64,000 nucleotides of DNA from Candidatus Geocrenenecus huangii. GTDB lineage: Archaea; Thermoproteota; Nitrososphaeria_A; Caldarchaeales; Wolframiiraptoraceae. Made by a program: the position numbers and the translations under genes. Location of the stretch: positions 53,642-117,641 of the forward strand of contig JALNLM010000004.1 of the NCBI GenBank assembly GCA_023254095.1. The letters are read 5' to 3'. The notes under the pieces were generated by a model, which was given only the letters and a program-made list of their open reading frames with translations, was not told where the DNA came from and searched no databases. Shown here piece by piece: positions 30,168 to 39,911 of this stretch (positions within the stretch are counted from its first letter, which is position 1; every line of letters starts with the position of its first letter).

Positions 30168-31743
30168 TGAAGTAAAGCAGAGATTAAATGGTGAAGAACG
30201 TCCACTAATTAGAGATGTATTGAAGAGTATCGAGCAAGTTGATAAACCATTCCTCTACATAGTGAAAGCACCCACCGGATACGGAAAGACAGCGATAAGC
30301 ATTTCATGCGCAGTATACTCTATCTTTAATTCTTCTTTATTCACTAAAGTCGTACACATACTTCCAATGAGGTCGATAGTTGAAGACGTATATTTCAGAG
30401 CTTCAAGGATAATGGGGAAGGAAGCTGTAAAAGAAAAAATGATGGATGTAGAAGAAGAGAAGCTAGAAGTATTCCACTTGTTCCCGTTGAATGTTACTAC
30501 CGTTGATACTTTTACGTGGGACGTAATGAAGCTTAACACAAAGAAGATCGGGTTGATCAGGGAGGAAAAAGCATTCGGCTACGATTATCTTACTCAAGGA
30601 TCATTAATGGATTCTCTACTATTCTTCGATGAAGCACACTACATTCTAGAAGATGAGCATATGAAGATCGTATTCGCAGTGATATTAGAACTACTACTAA
30701 GATATAAAACCTCCTTAATAATCTCGACAGCTACATTATCGAAGGGATATGAAGAGTACTTCTTAAGCTTAGCAGAGGGATACGGATACGATTTTAAGAT
30801 TTTTGCACCTGAGGACTCGGATCCGTTCATAAAAAGAGAAGAGGAGAAAGATTTCAATATACACCTTGTTGATAATGATGTGGAACTAGTTGATAACATT
30901 GCTAGGTTGATAGACTTAGATAAAGTAAATTTGGTAGTAGTTAACTCGCCATACACCGCTGTCAGCGTATATGATAGACTGAGTTCTTCCTATGAAGTAG
31001 ACCTATTCTTACTTCACGGTAATATGAAGAAGAAACATAGAGAGAATGTTCTTGAAAAGATTAGGATGTATTCTCGAGCTAAAACTCCAAGCATTATTAT
31101 AACAACTCAAGTTATAGAGGCTGGAGTCGATATTTCTTCGGACGTATTAATCACTGAGTTATCTGTAGCGCAATCTCTTATACAGAGGATGGGGAGGGTA
31201 GCTAGATACAATGAAAAATTTGCAGACATCTATATCCTGAAAAGCCCGGGAGAACCTTATCCAGCTGATAAGATCGAGAAGACATGGAGGCAGCTCAAAG
31301 AAGATGCTAAGCTAATCCATCCGAGAATCCCTTCTACATACTATAACTTGCTGAATCAGATTCACGGAAGAATCCAGCAAGAAGTTGACATAAGGCTATC
31401 TCCTAATTACACCAAGGCTATGAAACAATTATTGATAAAACTACTTGATATACGTGTGAGAGCGCCAGAGATACTTGGTCAGGTCGAGAGTATTATTAGA
31501 CAGCAAGCTTTTCTAAGAGAGTTCACTATACCTGTAAAAGTTGAAGATGAGTATATTCTCTTCTCGCCTAGAGAGGTAGAAAAGATGTTCCGAAAGAATC
31601 TGATCGAAGTTAGAGCAGGTCATGGACCCGTAGACCCGTCTCGAGACTTTTACAAGTTAGCTGAAGAGTTTGCTTTAGGTAAGAAATCAGCTGAAGTGGT
31701 CTATATAGGAGAATATGATTGGGTTAGAGGTATACTTCCATGA
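30142..31743 (+). CDS. cas3: CRISPR-associated helicase Cas3'
   Basis: APTGYGKT, DEAH, STAT, LLHG, TQVIEAGVDIS and QRMGRVAR are all intact. Confidence 0.95.
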   Translation: MIDLISIYDEVKQRLNGEERPLIRDVLKSIEQVDKPFLYIVKAPTGYGKTAISISCAVYSIFNSSLFTKVVHILPMRSIVEDVYFRASRIMGKEAVKEKMMDVEEEKLEVFHLFPLNVTTVDTFTWDVMKLNTKKIGLIREEKAFGYDYLTQGSLMDSLLFFDEAHYILEDEHMKIVFAVILELLLRYKTSLIISTATLSKGYEEYFLSLAEGYGYDFKIFAPEDSDPFIKREEEKDFNIHLVDNDVELVDNIARLIDLDKVNLVVVNSPYTAVSVYDRLSSSYEVDLFLLHGNMKKKHRENVLEKIRMYSRAKTPSIIITTQVIEAGVDISSDVLITELSVAQSLIQRMGRVARYNEKFADIYILKSPGEPYPADKIEKTWRQLKEDAKLIHPRIPSTYYNLLNQIHGRIQQEVDIRLSPNYTKAMKQLLIKLLDIRVRAPEILGQVESIIRQQAFLREFTIPVKVEDEYILFSPREVEKMFRKNLIEVRAGHGPVDPSRDFYKLAEEFALGKKSAEVVYIGEYDWVRGILP

Positions 31744-32447
31744 ATCATGTCTGCTTAGCATACTTCCCTAGATCTCCTGATGAACGCGGCCAAACAATAG
31801 AGGAACACATCATTAGAGGGCTCGAATTCTTGGAAGAGATGTATCTGGAAAGAGGATTCGCTGAGTATCTTGTTAGATTGGCCAAGTATTTTAAGGTTGA
31901 ATTATCTCTTACAGAAAGTCGAAACGCCATTTATGCTTCATACATATTCCATGACCTGGGAAAGATATCTAAAGAATATCAAGAGAAGAAATCAGGCTTC
32001 AGCGGCCATGAGATCATTTCAGCTTATTGGGTAATGGAGCACGGCAGCCAGTTAGCTCTCGGAAAGATGCTCTACCACGTTGCGTTAGCAATATACTTAC
32101 ATCATCATGACATGAGGAGGGGAACTAAAACACTACAAAAGGTTAATTTATGCAGCGAATGTCTTAGAAAAATCCTAGATATATACGAGGGAAAGACATC
32201 TATCAATTTAGCAAGTTATAAAACGAGATTCAGAGGAGAGCTCTCTTCTGGATTAACTAGGTATCTTAATAGGATCGAAAAAGAGGATGTCAGGTTATCG
32301 TATCCTTTACTACAGGTAGTCCATGGAGTGGATAACTATTCAGCACTCGAACGAGAGGGAAAACCATCGGTTCTATCGACCGAGGTCAGAAAAGTCGTCG
32401 ACGCCGTCCGATTATTAAGAGAAGATTTTGGAAGAGTATTTAGATAG
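31740..32447 (+). CDS. cas3'': CRISPR-associated HD nuclease Cas3''
   Basis: EEH, HDLGK, GHE, LHHH, VD; ATGA overlap with cas3'. Confidence 0.92.
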   Translation: MNHVCLAYFPRSPDERGQTIEEHIIRGLEFLEEMYLERGFAEYLVRLAKYFKVELSLTESRNAIYASYIFHDLGKISKEYQEKKSGFSGHEIISAYWVMEHGSQLALGKMLYHVALAIYLHHHDMRRGTKTLQKVNLCSECLRKILDIYEGKTSINLASYKTRFRGELSSGLTRYLNRIEKEDVRLSYPLLQVVHGVDNYSALEREGKPSVLSTEVRKVVDAVRLLREDFGRVFR

Positions 32448-32493
32448 CAAGTAAATTTAATAGAGCAGCTTTTCATAATATTTATCGATTTAT

Positions 32494-33087
32494 TTGGATA
32501 AGATATTCAAGATCAGTTTTAACGGAGTTAATAGCTATCTAATTAATAGCAGGGATGAAGCATGCTTAGTAGATGCCTCGATGCCTGTCAGCATCTTGAT
32601 GGAGACCATAAGCGGTATCCGAGATTACTTCAAGTTCAAGTATATTTTACTAACTCATGGACACCTCAACCATGTTAGATATGTTTCCGAGGTTAGATCC
32701 CTGTCAAACGGGAAAACCTATATCCATGTTGATGATCGACCACTTCTCCGAGAAGAGGGAATAGGGATAGACGATGTCTACACATTAAGAGGCTTCGATA
32801 AATTTAAGGTCGGAGATATAGAGATCATCGTTTATCATACTCCAGGTCATACAGATGGATCTGTCTGCTTCTATTCTAGAGAGCTTAACGCAATCTTTAC
32901 GGGGGATACGTTGATGAAGGGCGGTTTTGGAAAGATTAGGGGACCCCACTCAATGAGTAGGATGCTTAAGAGTCTGAAAACAATATCTAGGTTGATACCT
33001 CCAGATACTACCGTCTATCCAGGTCATGGCTTCGAGACTAGGCTAGAAGATGAAGCATGGCTAGATGGATTAGATATGCTCTCATAG
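32494..33087 (+). CDS. MBL-fold metallohydrolase (glyoxalase II-like)
   Basis: THGHLNH (canonical HxHxDH), HTPGHT, FTGD, PGHG. Confidence 0.88.
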   Translation: MDKIFKISFNGVNSYLINSRDEACLVDASMPVSILMETISGIRDYFKFKYILLTHGHLNHVRYVSEVRSLSNGKTYIHVDDRPLLREEGIGIDDVYTLRGFDKFKVGDIEIIVYHTPGHTDGSVCFYSRELNAIFTGDTLMKGGFGKIRGPHSMSRMLKSLKTISRLIPPDTTVYPGHGFETRLEDEAWLDGLDMLS

Positions 33088-33097
33088 ATCATCTATA

Positions 33098-33661
33098 TTA
33101 CTTTGTTCCTCTCGTTATGATGTGACCCGCAAACAGTAGAGCCCATGAAAAAACTGGGTAAACTATCATCCTCTCCATTCCTCCATGCCCTAATCCTAGA
33201 TAGATCCCGAATGCGAATAGTGATAGAGCAGTTAACGATATTATACCTAATACGACGGAGATTAATGAAATTGGCTTAGGCGTAAATCTGTAGACTGCTA
33301 TAGCGGAGATACCTGCGAAGATAAATGTTGTTGCAGACATAATGATGTGTAGTTCGTATGGGCTTCCTTCCGGGAATACTCCTACTCCAGTCGCCCCAAA
33401 CCCTGTCAAGAATAAGAGAATAGATAGTAGTCTACTCTTGTATTCTCGGTAGAGAAGTATCGAGGAGATGACTACAAGTATGCCTAGAAATTCTATCGAA
33501 TTGTTGAAGATAGGTGCTGTTAAGCCGACACCGAGATCGCTAATATAATTGTGAGCCACATTATAACCTGGGTAAAGTGCTTCACACACAATCATGAATA
33601 TCATGAACTGAGTTACACCTATAGCTATCAATAAACCTGATAACAATCCATACCTAGGCAT
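33098..33661 (-). CDS. DUF998 family membrane protein
   Basis: EALYPGY...NYISDLG, GVGVFPE, H, GGMERMIVYP. Confidence 0.8.
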   Translation of the reverse strand: MPRYGLLSGLLIAIGVTQFMIFMIVCEALYPGYNVAHNYISDLGVGLTAPIFNNSIEFLGILVVISSILLYREYKSRLLSILLFLTGFGATGVGVFPEGSPYELHIIMSATTFIFAGISAIAVYRFTPKPISLISVVLGIISLTALSLFAFGIYLGLGHGGMERMIVYPVFSWALLFAGHIITRGTK

Positions 33662-33752
33662 ACTTTATAATAGTTTCAAGCTTTTTTAAATTTTCCTAAA
33701 AAGAGGGAAGATACAGTTAAGAATATTATTAATTATCTGCGGTAGCGTCAAC

Positions 33753-34262
33753 TTATTTGGGCGGAGGCCACACTCTGTCGAAGTATTTGTTCTTTGAAGA
33801 CACGTTCAGCGGGATGGCGAAAGCATACTCTGCATCTATGAGTTTAAGTTCTTGTGCTGCTACACCAGCACTAAACATAACCCTATTATCAACATTATGT
33901 ATCGACGCTGTCTTCACTGATGATCCTATCGCTATCCCTAGATTGATTATACTATGCAAAGTATCTGCATCTATCTTCCAGAATGGTGGAGTCCTAAGAT
34001 TCAACGTAGCTATCTTGCATCCAATCAATACTACAGCTTTGCTGGCCCTAATGTTTTGAGCATCTCTCTTAAAGAAGTCTCCATAGTATTCCGAAAGTTC
34101 CTCCATCTTCTTAGCCAGCGATTCTAGTTCCTCATCTCTATCAAGTATTCTCACGACAATATTGTCTACCCCTCTAGCTTTCGGAGCAGTGATAGCTGAG
34201 ACGGCCATAAGCTTAGCGACCTCAACTATTGTTTCCTTAACAAGATCTCTATTCTCGGTCAT
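33753..34262 (-). CDS. DUF2148-like / nitroreductase-fold protein
   Basis: TAPKARGVD, FFKRDA.N, NLGIAIGSSV, VDNRVMFSAG, KNKYFDR. Confidence 0.75.
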   Translation of the reverse strand: MTENRDLVKETIVEVAKLMAVSAITAPKARGVDNIVVRILDRDEELESLAKKMEELSEYYGDFFKRDAQNIRASKAVVLIGCKIATLNLRTPPFWKIDADTLHSIINLGIAIGSSVKTASIHNVDNRVMFSAGVAAQELKLIDAEYAFAIPLNVSSKNKYFDRVWPPPK

Positions 34263-34381
34263 GACTGAGACACCTGACTCGATGGTAATCTACGAATTAA
34301 TATCATTTGAGTCTTTCTTTCACAGATTATATAAGCTTCTTATACACTTCTTTAAATGGAGGGTTCGAGAAAGAGATATAC

Positions 34382-34984
34382 GTGAATTCTACAGGTATGC
34401 CGACTATTAAAGAGATGGTTGGTTTAGCATCTTTCTCTGTTGTCTCCGGCGTAATATTCGCTGCTTTAAGCCACTTGGTAGCTCCAACTGTAATGCTGGT
34501 CGCAGGCCATGTAGGCGTGGCCATGATATATGGTATATGGTTTATAGGTGGAACCCTCCCCGCATATATCCTCAGGAAGAGGGGCTCAGCATTCTTAGGG
34601 GAAACCATAGCTTCAATAATAGAACTACTTCTTGTAAGTCCTTACTCTATACTACTCTATTATTATGGCCCCGCACAAGGCCTAATGAGTGAAATAGCAT
34701 TCTGGATGGGTAGGTACAAGTCGTGGAGTTGGAGAACAATGATACTCGCAGGGATGCTACCCGTGGTAGCCGCATACCCATTCGACTGCATGGTTAGCCC
34801 ATTCTATCCAGCATGTAGAAACCCAGGCTACCCCCTATATCTACACCTTGCAATAGTTTCCACAATGCTTTTAAGTGGAGCAGTCTTCGCAGGCATACTT
34901 GTAAAGATCGTTGTAGATAAACTTGTTAGTGCAGGAGCTTTAAGGGGTTGGCCAGTTGCTCGAGATAAAATCAATGAAAGCTAG
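34382..34984 (+). CDS. ECF transporter S component (YkoE-like, thiamine/HMP-related); start GTG 34382 or ATG 34397
   Basis: YGIWFIGG..PAYILRKRGSAFLGE, QGLMSE, six hydrophobic segments. Confidence 0.8.
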   Translation: MNSTGMPTIKEMVGLASFSVVSGVIFAALSHLVAPTVMLVAGHVGVAMIYGIWFIGGTLPAYILRKRGSAFLGETIASIIELLLVSPYSILLYYYGPAQGLMSEIAFWMGRYKSWSWRTMILAGMLPVVAAYPFDCMVSPFYPACRNPGYPLYLHLAIVSTMLLSGAVFAGILVKIVVDKLVSAGALRGWPVARDKINES

Positions 34985-36263
34985 AAGAGACACATGGAGA
35001 AGCCCAGAGGTGAACCTAACATTAAGAAGAGGGGAGATAGCAGCTATCATCGGCCTCAGCGGTTCAGGCAAGACCAGCATCTTACTGTCATTGATAGGTT
35101 TACTACCCTACGATGGAGTGGCGGAGTACGGTGGAGTAGAGATCAAGTTGATAGACAAGACGTATCTCAGGTCGAAGATTGCATATGTCCCAGACGAGCC
35201 CGAATCCTATCTACTCAATAGAAGAGTATTCGATGAAGTAGCCTTTGGACCTGAGAACCTTGGTTGGCATCCTAGGAAGATCATTGAGTCAACAATTAAG
35301 GCTCTAGAGATAGTTGGGCTGCTGAATCTATACGATAGTGAGGTATCAGCTTTAAGCGGGGGCCAGAAGCAGAGATTAGTTATCGCGGATGCACTGAGTA
35401 TCTCCCCCGAGATAATACTGCTTGATAATCCTTTTTCAAACATTGATTGGGAGGCTAAAAAAACAATATCAAAAACATTAGAACAACTTTGCGGTGAAGG
35501 GATCTCAATAATCTTAACCGGATACTCTTTAGAAGAACTACATCTTAAACCAGACAAAACATTATTCATAGGAGAGTTCGGAGAACCCTATAGTAATGGT
35601 GATGGGAACGTTTCCCATCACCCTTCTGAGAGGACGAGGAAACTATTGGAAGTTAGAGATGTATCGTTTAGCTATGATAAGATACGAAACATTTTGAGAG
35701 GTGTCTCTTTTTCTGCAAATGCAGGCGAGATCATCTCAATAATTGGAAGAAACGGTGTCGGTAAAACTACACTTCTAAAAATTCTGGCGGGGATATATAG
35801 GCCTGATAAAGGAATAATCTCTATAAATGGTGTTAGACCGAATAGCCGTCTCTCAACATATGTTAGCCAGAACCCTTCGGCCTTCTTAACGGAGACAACG
35901 CCTAGAGAAGAATTGTCCATGCATAGAAAAATAGATATGATAAATTTTCTAGAAGAGATCGGCTTATCATACCTGCTTGATAGACCAATATATACGTTAA
36001 GCCTAGGAGAAAAACGCGTGATCTCTATCTTATCTGGATTGTCTAGGGGGACATTATTGTTATGCTTGGATGAGCCCACGTCGGGACTGGACTACAAACT
36101 GAGGCATGTAGTAGGAGAGATGCTGAGAAAGGCTACAGAAAGCGGAATGATGGTAATCACTGCTACACATGACATATCTTTCGCTGAAGCTTATTCTGAT
36201 AAAATACTGTTACTCGAGGATGGTGTAATATATGATGATTGGAGGAGAATCCTCGATGGATGA
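34956..36263 (+). CDS. ECF transporter dual-ATPase component (YkoD-like)
   Basis: Two Walker A motifs (GLSGSGKT, GRNGVGKT), LSGGQ/LSLGE, DEPTSGLD. Confidence 0.9.
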   Translation: MLEIKSMKARRDTWRSPEVNLTLRRGEIAAIIGLSGSGKTSILLSLIGLLPYDGVAEYGGVEIKLIDKTYLRSKIAYVPDEPESYLLNRRVFDEVAFGPENLGWHPRKIIESTIKALEIVGLLNLYDSEVSALSGGQKQRLVIADALSISPEIILLDNPFSNIDWEAKKTISKTLEQLCGEGISIILTGYSLEELHLKPDKTLFIGEFGEPYSNGDGNVSHHPSERTRKLLEVRDVSFSYDKIRNILRGVSFSANAGEIISIIGRNGVGKTTLLKILAGIYRPDKGIISINGVRPNSRLSTYVSQNPSAFLTETTPREELSMHRKIDMINFLEEIGLSYLLDRPIYTLSLGEKRVISILSGLSRGTLLLCLDEPTSGLDYKLRHVVGEMLRKATESGMMVITATHDISFAEAYSDKILLLEDGVIYDDWRRILDG

Positions 36264-36966
36264 CGCTCTCCTAATCTATACCAAGCCAACTTCAAAGATT
36301 AATCCATTAATCGCGAACATTTTCCTATTAATAGTCGTAAGTGCCGCAACAATAGAGCCCAACATACATATCTTAACAGTAATACTTCTATTGACCGTTC
36401 TTGTAACCATCATGATTTCTCGTAAACCTATACAGATCTTGAAGATAATGCTTATCGTTGTACCGTTCGGTCTAGGCCTCGGCGTATTCTATGGGTTAGT
36501 TGGACAGGAAAAGATGCATACAGCGATCCTGACAATAATGATGAGGGTCGAGATACTAGCTACAGGCTCAGCTATACTCTACTATGGAGTTGACCCATGG
36601 GAGCTTCCAACAATCTTGATAAATAAACTCAAGATCCAGCCCTACATATCGTACACAATTGCTATAGCTTTTACGATGTATCTACGACTCGCCATAGACC
36701 TTAAGGAGATAACCGAATCCCTAAAATCCAAAAATATAATACGTAACCACCTGGACTACATACTCAGGATCCATAAAATACTATATGTATTGATCTACCA
36801 TGCAGCCCGTAGAGCGGATGAATTAGAGATTGTGTTGGAAGCTAGAAATTTTAATCCATCAACTAGGAGTACTAGGAAGAATCTAACAATAAGGCCTAGT
36901 GAAATACTACTTATTGCGGTAACTCTAGCAATGATCATAGGTGTTAAGATATTTTTAAACCAGTAA
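36256..36966 (+). CDS. ECF transporter T component
   Basis: TM helices and coupling motif LEARNF, with SD GGAGGA upstream. Confidence 0.85.
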   Translation: MDDALLIYTKPTSKINPLIANIFLLIVVSAATIEPNIHILTVILLLTVLVTIMISRKPIQILKIMLIVVPFGLGLGVFYGLVGQEKMHTAILTIMMRVEILATGSAILYYGVDPWELPTILINKLKIQPYISYTIAIAFTMYLRLAIDLKEITESLKSKNIIRNHLDYILRIHKILYVLIYHAARRADELEIVLEARNFNPSTRSTRKNLTIRPSEILLIAVTLAMIIGVKIFLNQ

Positions 36967-37002
36967 GATTGATATATCTTAAGATGAACATTCATTATTA
37001 GG

Positions 37003-37434
37003 ATGGAGCCCTACCTTCCCGTATCGATATTGCTTACATCACTAATATCAATCATAATCATAATATGGGCAGTTGGAGAAATAAGGTCTAAGGAGAATCC
37101 TAGAATCGACTTCAGAATTGAGAGATACATTATCTCTCACAAATACGCCTTTCCATCTCCTTATCCTTTAATCCTCGTAGGCTATTACAATAGATTAGAG
37201 AACAGCGTAATGTTATCGATCTCGAGCATAATCTTAATGGTTTGGAGAAAAATCTTGAAAGAATATGTCACGGATTCAGAGATCCTCGAGAGGAAATTCA
37301 TCAACGAATTTACCAAGGAACTGAACACGGTCTTGATACATGAGCTCACCGAGTGGGCTATACATCAACTAGAGCTAAAGAGAATCTTGACACATGCTAC
37401 GTGGAACCCGTATATAAGAAAACTAAATGAATAA
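37003..37434 (+). CDS. Membrane-anchored hypothetical protein with zincin-like HELTE motif
   Basis: N-terminal TM helix; TVLIHELTEW...HATW. Confidence 0.6.
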   Translation: MEPYLPVSILLTSLISIIIIIWAVGEIRSKENPRIDFRIERYIISHKYAFPSPYPLILVGYYNRLENSVMLSISSIILMVWRKILKEYVTDSEILERKFINEFTKELNTVLIHELTEWAIHQLELKRILTHATWNPYIRKLNE

Positions 37435-37467
37435 GAATCTAAACTTACTCTGAAGATAATAAACCGA

Positions 37468-37692
37468 TCATGCTAATTCTTTTTCCGGCTGAGTGGTTTT
37501 CAACATCTCTCTTTTTGCCAACGACGTCAAATACCCTGCAATCTTGTTTCTAATCTTTTTGGAGACCCGCCCTGTCACTACCTGACCAACGAGAACCTTA
37601 TTTTTCTCGAAATCCACAGATATCTGCTCTCCAAGTGCTTTCAATACCTCCCTTGCAAGAACCTTGACTTTCCGGATTCTGACTTTACCCAT
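37468..37692 (-). CDS. rps17e: 30S ribosomal protein S17e
   Basis: MGKVRIRKVK...DFEKNK...SKKIRNKIAGYLT. Confidence 0.95.
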   Translation of the reverse strand: MGKVRIRKVKVLAREVLKALGEQISVDFEKNKVLVGQVVTGRVSKKIRNKIAGYLTSLAKREMLKTTQPEKELA

Positions 37693-38081
37693 TTCCTCAG
37701 CACTGAAGAATGATCTTAAAGAAGGATAATAAAAACATTCTTGAAATCTAAGCAAAATGAATACAAATTAACGTTTTGTTCTTCTCTTTAAGACATCTTT
37801 ACAAGCTAAAACATTTAATATATGTTCATCATATTAGTCATTGGGAGACACTCAACATTATGGGTTGTAATTATATTCCCAACATCAATTATGTTTTCAC
37901 ATTCTCCTACTATTACTGGACTCAGAACATGTCCTTCATTACCTAATCCTAGCTTCTCTTTCTTTAAATTTTATGACGGCCTAACCTATCCCTACACAAG
38001 TTACGAACTAGTAGTAAAAGAGTAATGTTTTTAATGTAATATGCATGAAAAGTAATTAACAGGGATAGATTTATATATAAA

Positions 38082-38119
38082 AATAGGGTCAATTTTTATA
38101 TATTAAGATTGATCCTATT
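38082..38119. promoter_or_regulatory. 15-bp imperfect inverted repeat over the promoter of the AbrB-like gene
   Basis: aatagggtcaatttt-N8-aagattgatcctatt (13/15 match). Confidence 0.6.
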
Positions 38120-38133
38120 AGGCGGGTGTTTTC

Positions 38134-38340
38134 ATGCTTCAGGCGAGGAGCTCTCTGAGGAAGAAGATTCATGTAAGCGGAAATGAATACTATTACATTC
38201 ATATACCTTCAAAACTTGCACATGACAGCCAGTTTCCATTTAAGGAAGGGGATGAGCTTAGAATAGCTGTTGACACTTCTAGGAGGAGAATGATAATTGA
38301 GAAAGTTAATAATAGAAGGAAGCAGAAAAACAAGAGGTAG
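38134..38340 (+). CDS. AbrB/MazE/SpoVT-family DNA-binding protein
   Basis: GNEYYYIHIPSKLA...FKEGDELRIAVD...MIIEK swapped-hairpin pattern. Confidence 0.8.
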   Translation: MLQARSSLRKKIHVSGNEYYYIHIPSKLAHDSQFPFKEGDELRIAVDTSRRRMIIEKVNNRRKQKNKR

Positions 38341-38352
38341 GAGTTCAATATA

Positions 38353-39159
38353 TCATACTACGGACTCAACTGCATGATGTCTTGAAACTAGTTGTGTCTC
38401 CTTCTTTTTCACTAGTTTGAAGATACTTGCAGAGGCTATCATTCGTTTTAGTAGTTGGATAGATTTTGCAGGATCTATTCCCTTCGGGCAAACACTACTA
38501 CATGCTACTGCGAAGTGGCATCTCCAACATCCATGTTCTGAATCTATGATGGGTAATCTATGGTGAAGCCCCATATCTCTTGAATCAGCGGAAAACCTAA
38601 AAGCTTTATTCAGTATCATCGGAGTTAGGAATAGAGAGTCGGTTGAATATGTAGGACATGCTGAAGAACATAAGCCGCATTCTATGCAATCAGCAAACTG
38701 TAGATATTCTAGTAATTCTTCAGGCTTCTGTAAATACATTCCCGTAGGATTAAGCATTTCTAGAGTATCATCTCTAATTATGTACGGTTTAACCATCTTC
38801 TCTTTGTTAAATAAATCAGAAAAATCTGTTATAAGGTCTCGGACTATTGGATAATTATTGAGTGGTTCAACAACCACTACTCTCGTGTTCAATTCTAAAA
38901 CTCTTGTAAAGCATGCAAGCCTCTGTTTGCCGTTAATCATCATACCGCATGAACCACATATAGCCTGTCTGCAAGAATATCTAACCGCTAGAGATGGGTC
39001 TTGTTCTTCTTTAATTTTTAGGAGAGCATCTAACACTGTTGAGCCTCTGTCTACTTCTACTTCATAGATCTTCCACTTCGGAGAGGTGTCTATGCTCGGA
39101 TTAAACCTGAACACTTTAAATTGAACCTTTCTTAATTCACTCATCCTCTTCACCACCAC
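38353..39159 (-). CDS. sdhB: Succinate dehydrogenase iron-sulfur subunit
   Basis: SCRQAICGSC...LAC, CIECGLCSSACP, CHFAVACSSVCP. Confidence 0.95.
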   Translation of the reverse strand: MVVKRMSELRKVQFKVFRFNPSIDTSPKWKIYEVEVDRGSTVLDALLKIKEEQDPSLAVRYSCRQAICGSCGMMINGKQRLACFTRVLELNTRVVVVEPLNNYPIVRDLITDFSDLFNKEKMVKPYIIRDDTLEMLNPTGMYLQKPEELLEYLQFADCIECGLCSSACPTYSTDSLFLTPMILNKAFRFSADSRDMGLHHRLPIIDSEHGCWRCHFAVACSSVCPKGIDPAKSIQLLKRMIASASIFKLVKKKETQLVSRHHAVESVV

Positions 39160-39464
39160 TTAAATAACACTAGTAGGAAATATAGTCCAGAGATGAAGAA
39201 GACCACCCCTATAATGAATAGTGTCGTTGAGATAATCTTCCCGCTACTTGATCCTGGAAACAACTCTACTAATATTACTCTTAGACCATTCATTGAATGG
39301 TAGAGTACTGCGGCCAAGAATATTCCAAGGCTCATAGGATACCATACCGTTTCTTTAATCCATTTGAGGGATACTAGGTTATTAGATATCAGATGGATGG
39401 CCCCTGTTACTAGTATGAGGAATCCTGTAACGTAGTGTATAAGCATCTTAGTTGATTCCTTCAT
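39150..39464 (-). CDS. sdhD: Succinate dehydrogenase membrane anchor
   Basis: HYVTG...IH...YHSMNGLRVIL, three TM helices. Confidence 0.85.
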   Translation of the reverse strand: MKESTKMLIHYVTGFLILVTGAIHLISNNLVSLKWIKETVWYPMSLGIFLAAVLYHSMNGLRVILVELFPGSSSGKIISTTLFIIGVVFFISGLYFLLVLFKWW

Positions 39465-39466
39465 TC

Positions 39467-39895
39467 CTACCACCCCAAGAGGTTTAATGCAACCATTATC
39501 CAGAAGTACAGTAAGACTATGAATGCTGCCAAGACTAAATATAATGCTAACCTCTGTGCTCCGCTTAACGAGGTCATCTTATATGGGTATACGGCTCTCT
39601 CGGGCTTACCTACTATGAACCCGTATTCGGCCAGTACGAGTCTTATACCGTTAAATGTATGGAACACAACTATTATTCCAAGTATGATTAGGACTGATTT
39701 CCCTATCAATCCCGGCGGCTCCCACAGTATTCCAGTAGTAGCATAGATTAATCCGACATTCAGTATATGCGAAAGAAGAAACACTATTATCCCAACTCCT
39801 GAAATCCTCTGTGCAACATACATCAATTTCTCTATCGAGTATCCTCTAATCTTTAACCATCCAAGAATACCTTGCTTATTCTCTTTCCTACTCAT
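39467..39895 (-). CDS. sdhC: Succinate dehydrogenase cytochrome b subunit
   Basis: QRISG...H...FHTFNGIRL. Confidence 0.85.
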   Translation of the reverse strand: MSRKENKQGILGWLKIRGYSIEKLMYVAQRISGVGIIVFLLSHILNVGLIYATTGILWEPPGLIGKSVLIILGIIVVFHTFNGIRLVLAEYGFIVGKPERAVYPYKMTSLSGAQRLALYLVLAAFIVLLYFWIMVALNLLGW

Positions 39896-39911
39896 TTTCT
39901 CCTCCCCCTCA

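Noticed and set aside
34262-34300. TPP-riboswitch-like words (CTGAGA, ACCTGA, GGTAAT) upstream of the YkoE-like ECF gene
   Set aside because: The P2/P3 pairing and spacing are missing, and CACCTGA is simply the reverse-strand SD (TCAGGTG) of the gene starting at 34262.
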